From: Mobula hypostoma
Taxonomy: Eukaryota
NCBI RefSeq assembly: GCF_963921235.1
Contig: NC_086097.1
Span: forward strand, 232,750,001 to 232,814,000
Direction of reading: 5' to 3'
DNA: 64,000 bases
In this document: one piece after another, positions 62,915-64,000 of the stretch
Numbering within the stretch: the stretch's first letter is position 1
How the letters are laid out: every line of letters starts with the position of its first letter
Notes under the pieces: model-generated
Told to the model about the DNA's origin: nothing
Seen by the model: only the letters and a program-made list of their open reading frames with translations
Database searches by the model: none
Program-made: the position numbers and the translations under genes

Positions 62915-63782
62915 TTTTCACCCCTTATGGGCGGTGTGTATGTGTATTTTTCCCTCAATCTTGGGTCCTCTACCAGGGGTCTAGGAGCTTGAGGGTTTGG
63001 CACAGTGTCCTTGCTGTTCCAGGCAGTGCACTCTTCTGGACCAAGATCTCAGATGTTGTTCCTGGAACCACCCTCCCCGTCCAGGTGTCACTGCTCCAAG
63101 TGCTCCTATCACCGCCGGGATTACTCTGGCTTTAACCTTCCACATCCTTTCTATCTGCTCTTTCAAGCCCTGGTATTTCTCCAGCTTCTCATATTCTTTC
63201 TTCCTGATGTTCCAGTCATTCAGGATTGCCACATCTATTACTATTGCTTTCTTCTGTTCCTTGTCCGGTATTACTATGTCTCATTGGTTGGCCAGACTGT
63301 ATTTGGAAGTCCCACACGATCTTAGGTCTATCATTCTCCACCTCCCTCTCGGGTGTTTCCTATTTGGACTTTGGGGTATCCAATCCATACTTAGCACAGA
63401 TGTTCCTGTACACAATTCCTGCAATTTGGCTATGCCGTTTAGTGTCTGCTGTCCCTGCCTGCATCTGGCACCCTGCTACAATGTGCTGGATGGTTTCAGT
63501 GGATTCCTGGCACAGTCTGAATCTTGGGTCCTATCTGGCGTGATAGACTCCCTGCTTCTATTACTCTTGTGCTCAGTGCCTGTGCTTGTGCAGCCATGAG
63601 CAGTCCATCACCCCTGCCATTTCCAGCCATTGGTAGGGCTTTCTTATGTCAGCCACCTCTGATATCTGGCGATGGTACATCCCGTGCAGTGGCTTGTCCT
63701 GCCATGGCCTCTGGTCCTCCGGCTCTGCTTCACCAGCTTCCATTTCCATATCCCCTGCCTGCTGTCTGAGGATTGTGATCAT
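62915..63782 (-). mobile_element. R4-clade (Rex6/Dong-like) non-LTR element 3' part with REL endonuclease, disrupted
   Basis: W.DKPLHG.Y, CCHC-like ETIQHIVAGC, KEYEKLEKYQ.L, VIGALG. Confidence 0.85.
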
Positions 63783-63814
63783 ATCTTGAATTGGAAGATA
63801 TATTTATATATATT

Positions 63815-64000
63815 TTTTAGATTTTAGATTTAGATTCAACTTTATTGTCATTCTGCTGAGTACAGATACAAAGCCAATGAAATGCATTTAGCATCTGATC
63901 GTAAATGCAAAGAATAGTGTTATTTATAAAATAACTGCGAATAAAAAACGTGCTACAGCACACAAATGTAAAAGTACTGAGACAGTACAATATGGGTACA
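63815..64000 (-). mobile_element. LINE 3' tail running off the window
   Basis: (TCTAAA)n tail and aataaagttg on the minus strand. Confidence 0.55.

Noticed and set aside
62997..63599. 200-aa plus-strand ORF
   Set aside because: Antisense to the R4/Rex6 coding region

Overview
Eukaryotic, repeat-dense vertebrate DNA. The repeat mix (several CR1 LINE families, Rex1/Babar, L2, R4/Rex6, Penelope-like elements, V-SINEs, Tc1/mariner) suggests a cartilaginous fish, probably a ray; this is an inference. Well over half the window is transposon-derived, and every long ORF is retroelement ORF2. The only host-gene signal is a CpG-island promoter at ~12.4-12.9 kb with a probable minus-strand first exon, a second exon and a 15-codon start (MVCLNSEDVCTQYVL); I could not identify the gene. 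Notable structure: (1) five young Penelope-type insertions with 13-15 bp TSDs and minimal hammerhead ribozyme motifs, three of them 100-220 bp mini/fold-back forms ending at the ribozyme core; (2) two four-layer nested insertions (25-31 kb, 45-51 kb) whose inner CR1 junctions have readable TSDs, one creating an in-frame 870-aa double-RT ORF; (3) a ~600 bp palindromic mariner MITE with five TIR copies; (4) a ~1.85 kb inverted pair of young CR1 copies; (5) a possible decayed giant exon on the minus strand at ~40-60 kb, fragmented by TEs (speculative). All calls are by eye; boundaries of old repeats are approximate.
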